A DNA stretch of 62,631 nt, counting the filler, from Kipferlia bialata (taxonomy: Eukaryota), in the NCBI GenBank assembly GCA_003568945.1. It is 5 parts of 5 records of this genome, joined end to end, with 100 filler letters (N's around TTAATTAATTAA, not from the genome) between each part and the next. Parts side by side here need not be neighbours in the genome. Positions count along the whole stretch, not along the records: positions 27,644 to 44,916 come from BDIP01000534.1; positions 45,017 to 55,953 come from BDIP01000535.1; 3 more parts are not named here. One strand, written 5' to 3'. The notes beneath the pieces are model-generated. The model was not told the origin of the DNA, did not search any database, and saw only the letters and a program-made list of their open reading frames with translations. Made by a program: the position numbers and the translations under genes. Shown one piece after another: positions 40,601 to 54,328 of the stretch (position 1 is its first letter; every line of letters begins with the position of its first letter).

Positions 40601-43600
40601 ATATATAGTACAAATACATATATAAGTGTTACTATATAGTACCTGGGGCGTCCCCATCCTGAGTGCCACCCTGGCTGCCACCCCAGCCAGTCTGAGTGCC
40701 TCAGTCTTGGACATCGAGGGGGACTTGCTCTTGGGGGTGTCTAGGGTTAGAAAATACTTTCAAATGAGATATGATAATGTATCATTGTCCTTAGACAGGA
40801 AGAGTAGGGGTAGTAGGTATGAACACATACATATATGTACCACTATCACAACAGTAGATACTGAATATCATACCTGTGATGTCAATCTCCCTAGTGAGGT
40901 GCCCTGCCCCCTCGGGTGTCTGTCCATCTGTCTCAGAGGTGGCCTCTCTCTCAGGCACAATCATCAGCTGCTTGGCCTGGGGTGAGGGGGAACACACAAC
41001 CCAAAGAACATACAAAATTATGAACCGGAGGTTGGTATTATGACATGACATTGGGGTAAAGCATTGGGGTAGTACTATTAGACTGTTATACTATTACCTT
41101 GATTGTCCGGTCCTTGAGCCAGTACTTGGCCACCTCAGTCCCAGAGTCAGGTGCACCCTGTCCTGTGCCATGTGCCACAAGGTGCACGTCCTGCAGTGTC
41201 AGTGTCTATACATACATACATCTCTATGTCTATGCATAGGTGTACATCTTGGGGTAAATGCAAGGCCAGACAGTAATACATATATGAATAAATACACATT
41301 ACGTGTTTAGATATTACTAACCTTTGTGGATAACAGGTGCAGGTCAGCATCGCACCTGCCACTGACCAGGGCCTCACCTGGGGGTGGGTGGAGAGAATAA
41401 TGCATGTATATTATATCTATATCCATACGTTTACATACCTAGCCCATGCACACTCTCCACCCTCACTGTGCATCTGTCGTTGGTGACAGGGTCAGCAGAG
41501 AACGCAACACCGGCAGAGACCACACGGGAGGGCATGATCTGGGAGTAAGAATTGACCACTCACTGACATATATGTAAGTTTCTTGATATATTCTTGACAT
41601 TCGGTACTTGCTTGTATCTGTACAATGGCTGCAATCATATATATACATAAATATTCCTACATATATATGAGAATATATTAACCACTGTCAGGCATATGCA
41701 TATTCTGGTAAATGTGTTAGTATGTACCTGCACAATGACTGCAATTGCATCCCCCATGGTTCCCTCTGTCACATCAGCAGATCCATAGGTGTCTCTGGCC
41801 TGGGCCTTCTGGTGTCTGGGGGTGAGGGACGTATGTGAATATAAACAATATGGCATTGTATATGGGTTTGGTACAACATATACCGGCGGCCATCACAAGT
41901 AAATGTATATGTATCCATAGTGTGATAATAGTCTGGTACCTGTACGCCAGTGCCCTTGCACTGTACAGACTGGCCCATACCCTCTTGACTGCATCCAGAA
42001 TGCTGGCTGGGAGTCAAAAAATATATATGCATCATGAATACATGTATTGTATTCCATGCTGGGATATTCTGACAGGGTAAAGCAACCCCCCCCCCCCCCG
42101 CGCTGAACCAGTGGATGATGTACAACGAATACCTCCACTGATAAGAACACATAAGTATCGTGCATATGTACCTGAATCAGTTGGGTCAACTCCCAGGACT
42201 GTGTCGTGGAGACCTGCAAAGGCATCCTCGGCACCATCCTCATCGATGGAGGAGGATCTAGGGTAAGGTATCGACAAATACAAAGTATGCAAACACCTAT
42301 AGTGCGGAAAAGGAGGAAGTATTATACATCCATGTGTATGCATATACTCATAACCATACATATGTAACTGCCAGTAGCGTATCAACATTCTACCCCTTCC
42401 AAGAGAAAGGTGACTCTGTCTAGAGAGAGACAAGAACACCTACCTGACAGCAAGTAGAGTGTCACTATCCTGCCCCTCCAAGAGGGATGTCACTCTGTCC
42501 AGGAGAGCATCCGAGAATGAGGATGGGAGGGACAGAGCACGCACTAGGTCAAGGACAGAGGACTCAACTGTATGTAAGCAACAGTACAAATATATAATAT
42601 AAGGATTGTATCTCTATTATGTACAAGGCCAAGGACAGAGGACTCAACTGGTGGTTAGGAAGGCAAAGTACAGCAAGGAAATCTCTCTATGTATATAATC
42701 ATGTATTCACCTAGTCTCCCCCCCTCCACTGTGTGTACATCCTGTGCCTCAGAGAGCAGAGTATATTGTACAACCCCTCTCCATANNNNNNNNNNNNNNN
42801 NNNNNNNNNNNNNNNNNNNNNNNNNNNNNNNNNNNNNNNNNNNNNNNNNNNNNNNNNNNNNNNNNNNNNNNNNNNNNNNNNNNNNNNNATACATATATAC
42901 CTAGTCTCCCCCCCTCCACCGTGTGTACATCCTGTGCCTCAGACAGCAGAGTGCGGATGGAGGCACCAGTCTCAGTCTGCTCAACATGGGTCCTGAGGGT
43001 CAGGAAGGTATAAGGGGCAGAAGTATATATATATATATATAATAGAGCAGTACGTATATATACAATAGTCTCAGTCTGCTCAACATGGGTCCTGGGTTAT
43101 AGAGTGTCTACTAAGAGGATCCATATAGCAGTATATTAATACTAGTAGTGTGTATATGTATATATATAGTACTCACTGAGTATCCAGTCTGCTCAACATG
43201 GGTCCTGGGGGTCAGGAAGGTATATAGGGTATATATATATATATATAGGAGTAGTATGTATGAATACAATAGTCTCAGTATGTGCTCAATCGTGGGGTCA
43301 TATATGTGATATGATTAGGGAATATTTGAGTATGAAAGGGGGGGGGGGGGTGAGTTCAAGCTTCTCCTCAACATATGTACTGGGGGTTAGAAGTGTATAG
43401 GAGTATACGAGAGATATACTAGTATATGAGACAAAACTAATATGAGAATACAGTGATACATCACGAGGATGAGGTGTGATTGGGGGGGGGGGGGTAGAGA
43501 GAGAACACTTGCTGATAACATGGTGAACAAACATTTAGTGTGTAGATGTACATGGACAATAGAGTGTGATACACATAGAGCCTTACCCTGTCAAACCGAC

Positions 43601-44169
43601 TCCCATACAATGTAACATAGCAAGATGACCACCACACACATGATCAGATATATTGCTTGAGTATGTGTTCCCCACCAGAGGAGAGAAATTCCAAGAGGCA
43701 TATATATTTACTTGTGTATACAAGATACATGTGTGAATAGATATCAGTGTGGGATAGTACCTTAATGCATCTCCTGTGATTACACCTTAGTATACCACAC
43801 AACTCATGTATTGCAATATATATTCCGTACAGAAACTGGTGACACAGTAGCCCGAGAGAGGCACACTATCAATATATAGTACTGTATGTATATACTATAA
43901 CTTGGTATATACCTGAATGCCTCAGCTGTGATGACAAACCCAGCTGGCACCTCAAAGCCCATCTCCTGTGCCATGTCACACAGGACAGAGAGGGAGCGGC
44001 CCTTGCCACCTATCCATTAGTATATATCAGAGGTAGTCACATATGTATACTACTACATATGTTTCGTCGCACATTCACACAAACACATGATATATATTTA
44101 CTCAGGTACTAACGTACCTAATACGGCAACACCCCCCTCGGGAGTAGCGTCAGTGATGGAGTGGAACAT
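34664..44169 (-). CDS. PEP-utilising phosphotransferase with rifampin phosphotransferase (RPH)/PigC-type domain order, ~38 exons
   Basis: ATP-grasp motifs: GGKGRSL..VPAGFVIT, AVRSSSIDEDGAEDAFAG, VKRVWASLYSARALAYR, GLGEALVSG and DIEF..LYILQSRPIT. Central domain: NFGAVQNMVDPFTVLG, NNPTSQM, HRGPSEIDIG and LREAPK. C-terminal His-swivel: DPGWT..GGFLTHGSVVARELGLPGVV..TVDGDRG. Confidence 0.9.
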
Positions 44170-44474
44170 TGGATAGTCCTAGGTGGAGAGAAGGAACAGT
44201 AACGGGTGACCTTGGTTTTTGGTACCAAGTATACTAAACCCTTTCTTGACACATTGCTACGATGTCTAAGACATCATGTCTTCACAACTGCTTGATCTAT
44301 ACATATTCTCCAGGCTCCAAGTCATGTATACTAACGTAATATATATCATAGACTGCTAAATATTAGCCAAACTGTCCAATAGATATCTAGTATCGCTCTA
44401 TTTACTATGATTGTGAACCACTCTCACATCTACTCATACGAGCCCTCTAATCATCTTCACATAAAGCCTTGTAT

Positions 44475-44841
44475 TCACTCGTACGAGCTCTCCACTGTCC
44501 TGAGCAGCTCTCTGAGGTCACTCTGACCACAGTTGATGGTCTTGGCAATCATCTCCTGGGAGGTGAGGGTACAGCCTGATACCACAAACTACATGCATTA
44601 TCCATAATTATAAATACCAACAATTCACTTTAACATCATGCAACTAGCGCAATAATCCAGATGAAATTATTAAATGAAGGAACGCACGGATGACAATACA
44701 AACACTCAAATATATAATTATATTTACACATATATGTATATATACACACACCTGGTCAATGAGGGACATCCTGCTGTATGATCTGACAAAGTCCCCATCG
44801 ATCATCTTGAGCAGGGGCTTGACATCGTCAGAGCGGGGGAC
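44475..44841 (-). CDS. C-terminal two exons of a CPSF160/SF3B3/DDB1 (CPSF_A) family protein
   Basis: KMIDGDFVRSYSRMSLIDQ|EMIAKTINCGQSDLRELLRTVESSYE* matches the family's terminal 'IDGD' helical region. Confidence 0.65.
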
Positions 44842-44916
44842 CTGGGGTCACATATACAAAATAGTATGGGGCTGGGGGGGGGGGGGGGGGGGGGAGAATA
44901 TATGCGTACACTGATA

Positions 44917-45016
44917 NNNNNNNNNNNNNNNNNNNNNNNNNNNNNNNNNNNNNNNNNNNNTTAATTAATTAANNNNNNNNNNNNNNNNNNNNNNNNNNNN
45001 NNNNNNNNNNNNNNNN
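44917..45016. other. Artificial scaffold-joining spacer
   Basis: N44-TTAATTAATTAA-N44. Confidence 0.97.
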
Positions 45017-45299
45017 TACCGTTGGTGGCCTGCTTACCGTAGTTTGTCTTGGGTTTATGAATAGATTATGTACACTGTTTACTGGTTTGATACTATGAAA
45101 GTGTGGTGGGGGATGACTGGTTAATTAACAATGACCACATGCGCTGCACTTATACCGACTGTTAACATGTGTACGCGTGTATTGGGCACACCTAACACTA
45201 AGTTGTGCCTGAGTGATGAGGGCTTAGCAGTGCATTCAGGGGCATACATCAAGGGTGCAGGGCAAAATAATGTCGCAGGTGGAAAATATTGCGACCAAA

Positions 45300-45344
45300 A
45301 TGCGACTTGTCGGCCGACGTGCGACGTCGGCCGACAAGTCGCAT
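45300..45344. repeat. Perfect 21-bp inverted repeat with a 3-nt loop
   Basis: ATGCGACTTGTCGGCCGACGT-gcg-ACGTCGGCCGACAAGTCGCAT. Confidence 0.9.
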
Positions 45345-45610
45345 GCCAGCCCTAATCGTCATCGTCATATATATGTCACTGAGTCAAGATGACATCTGAA
45401 AACCATGGTCGGTCGCAAGTTGCAGACTTGGAGTCTGACTGACATGAAGATATATATACCATTTCAAACACCACGACTCCTATCTGTGTCAAGAACTATC
45501 GAACATTCACTATGTATCGTGTGGCGAAGAATACATTGGTGCATTTGAGTCTGTGACAGCAGTACACGACTTCCGCCATCATTTGGACTCCATGGAAGAA
45601 AGTCCATCGC

Positions 45611-47118
45611 CTATAAGTCCCACTCTCTAAGACATGCCCATCCCATCTCAGAGCTAGGGTAGACAAGGTCTGGGTGTAGGGTTGTCCTCTCGACATATGC
45701 TGGTATGGTAGTATGTCCCCTCTCCTTCGCTATTAAGCTTGCCCGTCTGAACTCCGGGTGCCAGAGTGCCATTATGCTCTCTCCAAGTCTACAGTCTCCC
45801 TGGATGTACATACCACAACTCTCAGTGCTTGATACCCTAGCAAGGTCCCCACTGATGGTGTCAAGTATGTACACACCATTGGTGCATATCATCACTATGA
45901 GACGATCGAATGTCTAAGTGTGAGATGGTAGAGTATATAACAAGTCTGCTCGAGCCACTCATACACCACGTGGTATGGGGTGGTACGACATACAACTCGA
46001 ACTCGTACTCTTAGAGAGTACTATATAGTGAGATATTTCTCCAGAATCCTGAAGCTATAGGAACAATATTGGCAAAATGGTGCTCTAGTTAGGCGATTTT
46101 GCACCTTTGAAACTGATTCGTGAATAGATAGACTACTATACTTACATGGGCTACAATAGCGTTCAGCTCAGGAAGTGCAGGCTCCTGTGTCCAGCCTTGA
46201 CGGATACAGTACGAATAATGATCAGTCATAGAAGCACCAAGAGACGTGGTGAACCTGTGAAGCCTGTCCCCACACACAACATACGCATACGCATACGAGC
46301 GCATATCATCGTATACAGGGCAAGGTCTTGTATCCAGTCGCCACTTCATTTCGTTGGGATCATAGAGTGACACGTAGCTTGATACAAGAGCGTATGTGTC
46401 ACAGAAGCATAGAGCCCGCCCTCTTTCCCAATTTGCAGGGGGGAACTGTCCCGCGGGAAGCGAAGGCTTAACACCCAACACTCTTGGGAAGACGCTACAT
46501 CTGTGTGCAGTGTATGGCGTGTCCTCTGGCGCAAACCACTCCCCCTGTGGGGTATCTACGTCACAGATTGACATTTTGAGTGTATTTCTGCAAAAGAGGC
46601 TCGCAGTGATTATCTTGCCGTTCACTACAACAGGTGAGAGAGACAGAGGCCGTAGGTGAAGAAGTGGGGGTCCGAGTACGGGAATCTTGAGGCGACCTAA
46701 CAGCTGAGTCTCCTTGCAGCGAAAGCCGTGCTCCGAGTCCTCGAAGCAAAGGGAGTATGACTCTCCACTAAGCTTCTCTACAATCACCATGACGGTGCTA
46801 GTCTCTCTCGTCGACAGCACATAGGTCCTGTAGTTGAGACGCGCATACTGATACCAGAGTCAACACAGTGTTGACTCAACACTGAATCAGTGTTACACTG
46901 ATGAGAGTCAACAGAGGAAGAGGATATCGGATACATACATAAAATTCATAGTCTTCTTGAGTCAGAGAGGAGCAAACTATTTCTGTGAGGGAGAAGAGGG
47001 GGAGTGATATCGAGACGCACCTTGAATGGGGACCTAGGATGGGCACTTCCACTGGTACTCTCTCCTGGTAGACACCAAGAGACAGCATTCTAGCAGTGTA
47101 GCGGCTCACTCCACTCAT
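45611..47118 (-). CDS. Kelch-like family protein (exons ~47118-47021, 46828-46147, 45913-45611), paralog of 33448-34476
   Basis: In-phase splicing gives LYDPNEMKW, VCGDRLH..GWTQEPALP, LDTISG and a C-terminal LVYPSSEMGW. Confidence 0.7.
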
Positions 47119-47406
47119 TCACTCAGTAGGCTTTTGATGCGATTGAAGTGAGATGAAAGGAGAGAGTAAGGCTCAAGTTGAGCCGCTCAACGTACTTGGG
47201 GTCTCAATGAGGGTATCACTGTCGTGATGATTTGCAGAGTAGTAGTGTGAAAGCTTCACTCTGATGGCATCATGGCCTACAGTGATACTATAACAGTGTT
47301 ACAGTATTGCTGGGCAGTACAGTGTATTGTCAATGGTATTGACACCGAGACAATATTCAGAAGGCTATACTCTATTTCTCATAAGCCCAGGAGTTCTAGT
47401 CGACAG

Positions 47407-50400
47407 TCACCTCTCATCCAAGTGCCAGATCTAAAATACGAAACGGGAATCAATCTGGGGCACCTGCTATCAGAACAAACCTCTGACCTCATTTGTTTTG
47501 TGGCTAGAAATACTACAGATGAAGAAGGATTCTGTCCATGTTTTTACCTCCAGCGTGACCTCCTTGTTCTTCTTGCTGTCTGTGACAACCACTCCCAGTC
47601 CATGGTTAGTGAGAATTGATGTGTACACTGCATCATTTCTATCACCAAAGACTTCCGCAGCATCTTCAGTGCGCCAGCGGCCTGTTGTAAAAGCATGTAA
47701 GGTGTCTATATATATATATGTAATATCCATACCTTCTTGCGTATCGTATACCCCATAGTCCCCACTCTTCTGGGCCATGTCAAAACTGAGGATGTACCTA
47801 CTCCCTACGGGTATGTAGGAGAAGCCTATATCACAAGCCAGGCTCACTTGCCTCTCTCTCCTCCATCCACTCTGCCTCTCTCTCTCTCCGTCTGTTGGTG
47901 GATGGGCGAAGGAGTGGATGTCTCTGTCAAGGAACACATATACCCTCTCTCTCTCCCACGCCCTCTCTCCTGTCTTCTTAGCCTCATCTACACCCTCCTT
48001 AACTACTGCACAGCCATTGATGACTGTACTCACACCATGTGTCACTATACCACTAGCACTCAGTCTGAGCCACGTGTCAGAGTCAGCCTGAGGATCAGAA
48101 TAGGAAATTCACCATAGAAAGACATTAACACCATGTCTAATATAGCTAACTAGGTCTATGATCAATTATGGGTCAGAGATCATCACACCTTGTAGCGCCA
48201 GAAGTACACACTTGTGTCATAGTCTTGTGGCCCCCTCTGCTTCTGGGGTATACCGCTGCTGGTGCCCTTGAGGGTGCATGTGATACCTGATATAAGCATA
48301 TAAGAATAGATAGAGAGAGAGAGAGAGAGGGATGCCGCTGCTGGTGCCCTTGAGGGTGCATGTGACACCTGATATAAGTGTACATATATATATCGAGAGA
48401 GAAAAAGAGATAGAGAGAGAGAGAGATAAAGAGGGATGCTGCTGCTGGTGCCCTTGAGGGTACAGCTGAATTTAGTAGATGAACATATATATATATATAC
48501 AGGTATCATTACTATTCAAGTATTATTATCACGTACATTACTATGATTACTATGAATTTATAAGGCACAAGGTAATATAAGTGTACATGGGTATCTGTAT
48601 GTCTATATATGGATGTATCACCTAGCACATGTAGGTCCCCATCCACTGAGAACACCCAGTGACTGTCGGGGGCACCTGGCTCCTCGGGAGTAAGGGCAGC
48701 CTCAAGCTCAAAGGGTAGCTCGCTAGGTGTTAGTCTTGTTGGGTCAATAACATAAAGTAATCATCACCACTTACCTGACTGCCTTCCATTTCCTCTTCGG
48801 TCCATCCCCCCTCAGTCTGTACAGGCCATTGTTGTCTAACATGTAGAGGTCTGACCCTAGCAGCTAGCAGTAAATATAATATTCATGCACTCACAGTATA
48901 TAATTCATATACATGCACGTCCAACATGTAGAGGTCGGAACCTAGTAGCTGAGAGTAAGAATACTCTCTCTGAATTCTACATATCTACTACATAGTAGAG
49001 TATACACCCATACTCACCTGATAGTGCTTGTGCGGCTCTCTCTCCCCCTCGTGTGCACCTGGGTATCAGTATCAGTATCATTATAACTATATATATATAT
49101 CTCTATATATTGGGTATGTACTGTCAGCATCACTATCAGTGTCACTATCAGTGTCACTATCTCTATAGGCTACGATGTGCACCTGGGTATGGGAGGGGTA
49201 TCTCCTGTACATTGCACTCAGCTGTGTCCCACTGGGCATGTCTAGTGGCCTAAGGGGTAAGATGCTATATATATGCTACATATACCCTATACTATTTACA
49301 TATTACACTATATGTATGTATCATTGGATAGTGCACTCTGCTGTGTCCCACTGGCTATGAATAGAGGCCTAGGGGGTAAGCACGTAGAGTAATATATCTT
49401 TCTAGCAGTGAATATAGTATCCGAACATAATCACATCATATGTAGCATCAGTATGTGACGACCCCCCCCCCACTATTGACTCAAACTGTCTGTCTGTTAC
49501 AGATCAGACCTGTACATACACTCACAGGCAGAGACTATACGATCAGAGGAACGAAACAAGGGTGTAGGTAGCACTAACGACTTCTTAATGATACGCACAT
49601 CCAGGTTAGGCAGTGTAGCCACGTAGCATGTGCCTGCCCCCTTGCCCTTGGGTGTGGAGAGCAGGAGGAGCTCAGAGGGGGAGAGCCAGCTGAGGCATCT
49701 ATATGTTAGACGATGGACTTGTGATAAATTTTGACTGGTTGCAGACTGATTGGGGTTACAAGAATGGTTAAAAGATGAATATAGTCTCGAGAGAAGGAGT
49801 AGCTCTGAGAGGGATAGCCAGCTGACACAAGTTGAATTACAATTTCTAACCATACGCAGTAACAGATACCTGTACTGCAGAGTGCTTCAAGTACAGCATA
49901 TCATACTATTAAACTTCAACATACTAGTGTGTCTCAGCACTCAAGCTAGCCCCTAGTTGGATACCTGTACTGCAGATTGCTAGGTGTCAGGGGTAGCGTG
50001 AACCTCTTCAGCTGGAGGGGGAAGGCAGTCTGCGGAGTTAGGCAAGAAAGCATATGCTAGAACGTCTAGTAGCGGTAGTTCATATAGTGTTATTATATAT
50101 CCACCCACCATTGCGTTGCACCAGTGTGTGTGCCTTGTGACAGGGTGTGGTAGTATATATAGTGTTATTATATATATTATATTATATATAAATATAGTAT
50201 GTATATATGTGTGTACCATTGCGTTGCACCAGTCTGTGTGCCTTGTGACAGGGGTGTGGTATGCACCCAGACGGCAGCCATCGGCCCTGATAGGTTAGAG
50301 TATTAGTATTTATATTTTGAGTATAGATACATAAACACTCATGGATGTAAATACATATATATCACATCATGTGTGTATGAACCCAGGCGGCAGCCCTTGG

Positions 50401-51175
50401 CACTGGGAGATCAGTCATGTATACATCTCTCGCTCATATACATATGCTACTGCTCTGTTATACGGGGTCTGATACCTCACTGAGAATCCCACCCTCACCC
50501 CACACGGGCACTGTATCCTCTTCTGCTTGGTGGCTAAGGTCAGTGAGAGAAAAGAATGGAGGTAATGGTTATTCATTAGACTTGAGAGAGAGAGAGGGAT
50601 GCTTGGTGGCTTGGGGGTTTGAGGGAGAGAAGGATACATATATATGAGTGTGTGTGTGAGAGAGCCAGGAGATACATTTGGTGATGATCGTCCCCCGCTT
50701 GGTCGCTGGTGGTTGAGTAAAACACATGTTTAATAGAGAGGGCGGGGGGGAGAGAAAGGGAGCGAGATCCTAGAATGCAGTTAGAAATGTCAGCTACTAG
50801 GGCTAGTAAGTGAACTAGATGTCACTAGTCTGCCCACCTAGTATCCTCCACTGCCTCCCACTCCTCTCCTTTGCATTGTATTGTACTCTGATTAGTATAT
50901 ATATATATACTACTATTGAATACCTATAATCCTCCACTGCCTGCCACTCCCCCTCCAGATATACTCTCTCTCTCCCTATCACACTCATACCCTCTATCTG
51001 TACTATCAGTCCCCCTCTGCACACTGCTCACCTTTGTATTGTATTCTATTCCAATTATTATATATGTATATATATATATATATTATTATTATTATTAGTG
51101 CCTACCTAGTATCCTCCACTGCCTGCCACTCCCCTTCTGCACACTACTTAGCATGGCATCAGTATCGGCATACAC
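47407..51175 (-). CDS. Hypothetical kelch-like protein, multi-exon, 5'-truncated
   Basis: Exons give LGSDLYML..KWKAV, SVDGDLHVLG, FWRYK|ADSDTWLRL and GVYDTQEG|RW. The exon set is not fully resolved. Confidence 0.55.
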
Positions 51176-51896
51176 CTGAGTTAGAGAGGAGAGAAAGAGG
51201 GAGAGAGAGAGAGAGGGAGAGAGAGAGAGAGAGAGAGATGCTCAGCATGGCATCAGAGTCAGCATACACGTGAGTTAGAGAGGGAGATGGATGGAGGTAC
51301 TCGTAATACATTTGTCACAATAGAGAGAGAGGGGGGGGGGGGGGGGGGATTTTTTACGGGGGTTANNNNNNNNNNNNNNNNNNNNNNNNNNNNNNNNNNN
51401 NNNNNNNNNNNNNNNNNNNNNNNNNNNNNNNNNNNNNNNNNNNNNNNNNNNNNNNNNNNNNNNNNNNNNNNNNNNNNNNNNNNNNNNNNNNNNNNNNNNN
51501 NNNNNNNNNNNNNNNNNNNNNNNNNNNNNNNNNNNNNNNNNNNNNNNNNNNNNNNNNNNNNNNNNNNNNNNNNNNNNNNNNNNNNNNNNNNNNNNNNNNN
51601 NNNNNNNNNNNNNNNNNNNNNNNNNNNNNNNNNNNNNNNNNNNNNNNNNNNNNNNNNNNNNNNNNNNNNNNNNNNNNNNNNNNNNNNNNNNNNNNNNNNN
51701 NNNNNNNNNNNNNNNNNNNNNNNNNNNNNNNNNNNNNNNNNNNNNNNNNNNNNNNNNNNNNNNNNNNNNNNNNNNNNNNNNNNNNNNNNNNNNNNNNNNN
51801 NNNNNNNNNNNNNNNNNNNNNNNNNNNNNNNNNNNNNNNNNCACACCCTCTCTCTCTCTTTCTCTCTCTGCCTCCCCCCCCCCCCTCTGACCCCAG

Positions 51897-53937
51897 GTGG
51901 ACAGGGGCCCTGCGAGTCTGGAGACTGTTCTGGTGGTGCTGCTCCTGGCCCTGCTCTACCCCGACTCCGTCCACCTCACCAGAGGCAACCACGAGGAGGC
52001 CAAGACCAGCAACAGATACGGCCTCAGCGCAGAGTGCATCTACCGCTTTAGCGACTCTGCCCGACCCCTCCTCTCAGCCACTGCTGTGTTTGGGGCAGTG
52101 AGTGCGGCATTTCTGGCCATACCCATAGCCACTCTCATCAAGGTATACCCCTATATAGGGTATGGGAGTGGGCCACAGCATATAGTGGGTGGAGATGTAG
52201 TGTTATGTCCCCTCTCTCTCTCACCCCAGGGCCATGCGAGGGAGGGCAAGGGTGTGGTGTGTGTGCACGGGGGACCGCCTGTGTCCCTCCGCACCCTGGC
52301 CGACCTCCAGGCCATCGACAGGTGGACCACCAGCAGACACTCCATATACCTCAGGCACCTGCTGTGGTGAGTGGCCCCAGGGTATCCATATCCAGTACCT
52401 ATATATCAGTATCCTATATACGCACTCTCCCCTCCCACCCCAGGGGTGACCCCGAGGTTGAGGGCACTGCCTTCCCCATGCTCAGTAGGAGGGGCAGGGG
52501 CAGGCCTCTCTACTCAGAGACAGACACAAACATGTTCCTGGCAGCCAACCAACTGCTGTACATGGTCAGGTGGGAGTCAGTGTCATATAGTGTGTAGAAT
52601 CTAATACTGAGACTGAGACAATCATCTATTGTACATGGTCAGGTGGGTATGCACCGATATAACATGCATGCACTGACCCCAGGGCCCATGAGCAGCCCCC
52701 AGACGGGTTCCTTACCCAGTGGAGGTAAGCACGATGTAACATGTCTTCTAGTCTCTTTCATATGCATAGATGTCTTGACCTGGTATATGTAACACTTGAG
52801 ATACACCCCCCCCCCCCCCTCACGCCAGGTCCCGACTCCTGACCCTGTACTCCTGTCCTGGCAGGTATCTGGGTGCCGCCAATGGCTACTCAGACCTGCT
52901 CATGGGTGGAATGGCCCCAAGGTGCGATAGATATGTGTATACAGGGGCATTGTTCAAGTCTCTGAGGACTTGTCCATCCCTAGATCTATTCTGTGACCGG
53001 TCATCTCTACATCATACACCCTACCCATGCCTCCCCTGCTCCATCCCATCTCCCCCTTACCCCAGCGACTACTATGCCCATCTGGCAGGGAGGGTGCCCC
53101 TGGGTAGACCAGACTGGGTGCAGGACAGACAGAGTGACAGACAGAGTGAGGCCCAGACCAGGCAGGTGAGGCCGACAGAGGCTGATGTACCAACAGAGAG
53201 TGTGGACTCTGCCTCCACCTCTGCCCCTGCCTCTGTCCCTACCAATGACCCTCCCTCCTGTCTCCCTGTGGTGGTCAACACAGCGGTCACACAGATAAGG
53301 TGAGGGTTCAATGGTTTTCCACACACTCCATGTATCCCCCCACTCCATCCCATCCCAGATACACCCGGTCTGCTGTGGCCGAGGCTGAGCGCATCGTGGG
53401 CAGGGCCCAGCTGGTGGTCAAGGAGAGGGTGGTACCCAGGTGGGGGGTCACTATACTAGTACTATGTAATATTCTTACTGAGGGTATTTGTCCCTATCTC
53501 TGTATCTCTGTACTGATCCCAGGGAACCTGGCGATGGACAGGGAGTGATGCGCGGCCTTGTCCGGCGCCTGTGCGGCCTGGGTCTCCGCCTGCACAGCCC
53601 CTCCTCTCTCTCTCCCTCTGGCCCCAAGGCCCCCCTAGCCCCTGTCCAACGGATGGACTCCCTCAAGGTGTTCCCTGCATTCACAGGCGACATGGCCCAG
53701 TCCTGCAGCACTGATGGCCTCATGGGCTACCTGGCCCCCCCTCCCCTCTGGCCCAACATGCACGTGGACACGGAGAACACAGACGTCGCCGCCACCCCAG
53801 GCTGGGCCCTGCTCTCCCCAGAGGACTGTCGAAATGGAGCAGCAAGGGTCGCTGACCGCCGTGGCAGGGGGAGGTTTGATAAGGCCGCCGTCCTTCTCAT
53901 TTACGCAGATCTCAAGTACTCCGTAGTCACCTTCTAG
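51897..53937 (+). CDS. PPP-family Ser/Thr phosphatase (calcineurin-like metallophosphoesterase), 5' end in gap
   Basis: Motifs VDRG, LTRGNHE, CVHGG, LLW|GDP, VR|AHE and TLYSCPGRY, ending AAVLLIYADLKYSVVTF*. Confidence 0.92.
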
Positions 53938-54328
53938 TCAATATATTCCGTTTGATGTTTGATGGGCAGCTCGATGGCTGTTTACTTCTCACAGTCTGTG
54001 TGACACAGAGGTTTCAGACACGCAAGGTGGTGATAGATCCGTTTGTAGATCCGTTTGAACGGAAACTACTGGATGTCCGATAACTACGCCTTTCAAGTCT
54101 CCTAAAGGGCATTAATCTATTCCTGATGTCCCTTACAGGGAATGGTGACGTTGCTTCCCTTCCATGAGAGACAACCGACCTGTACTTGGGCATTTGGAGT
54201 TCAAGCTGATTGAGAAACGACCTACACCCCAATTTTTGTCCTCCTACACCCTCAATTTGAAAAACACGCGCTCAGGTTAGGCGCGGTATCCATTGCGCCT
54301 TCTTCTTCAGGAATAGCCAGAGAGAACA

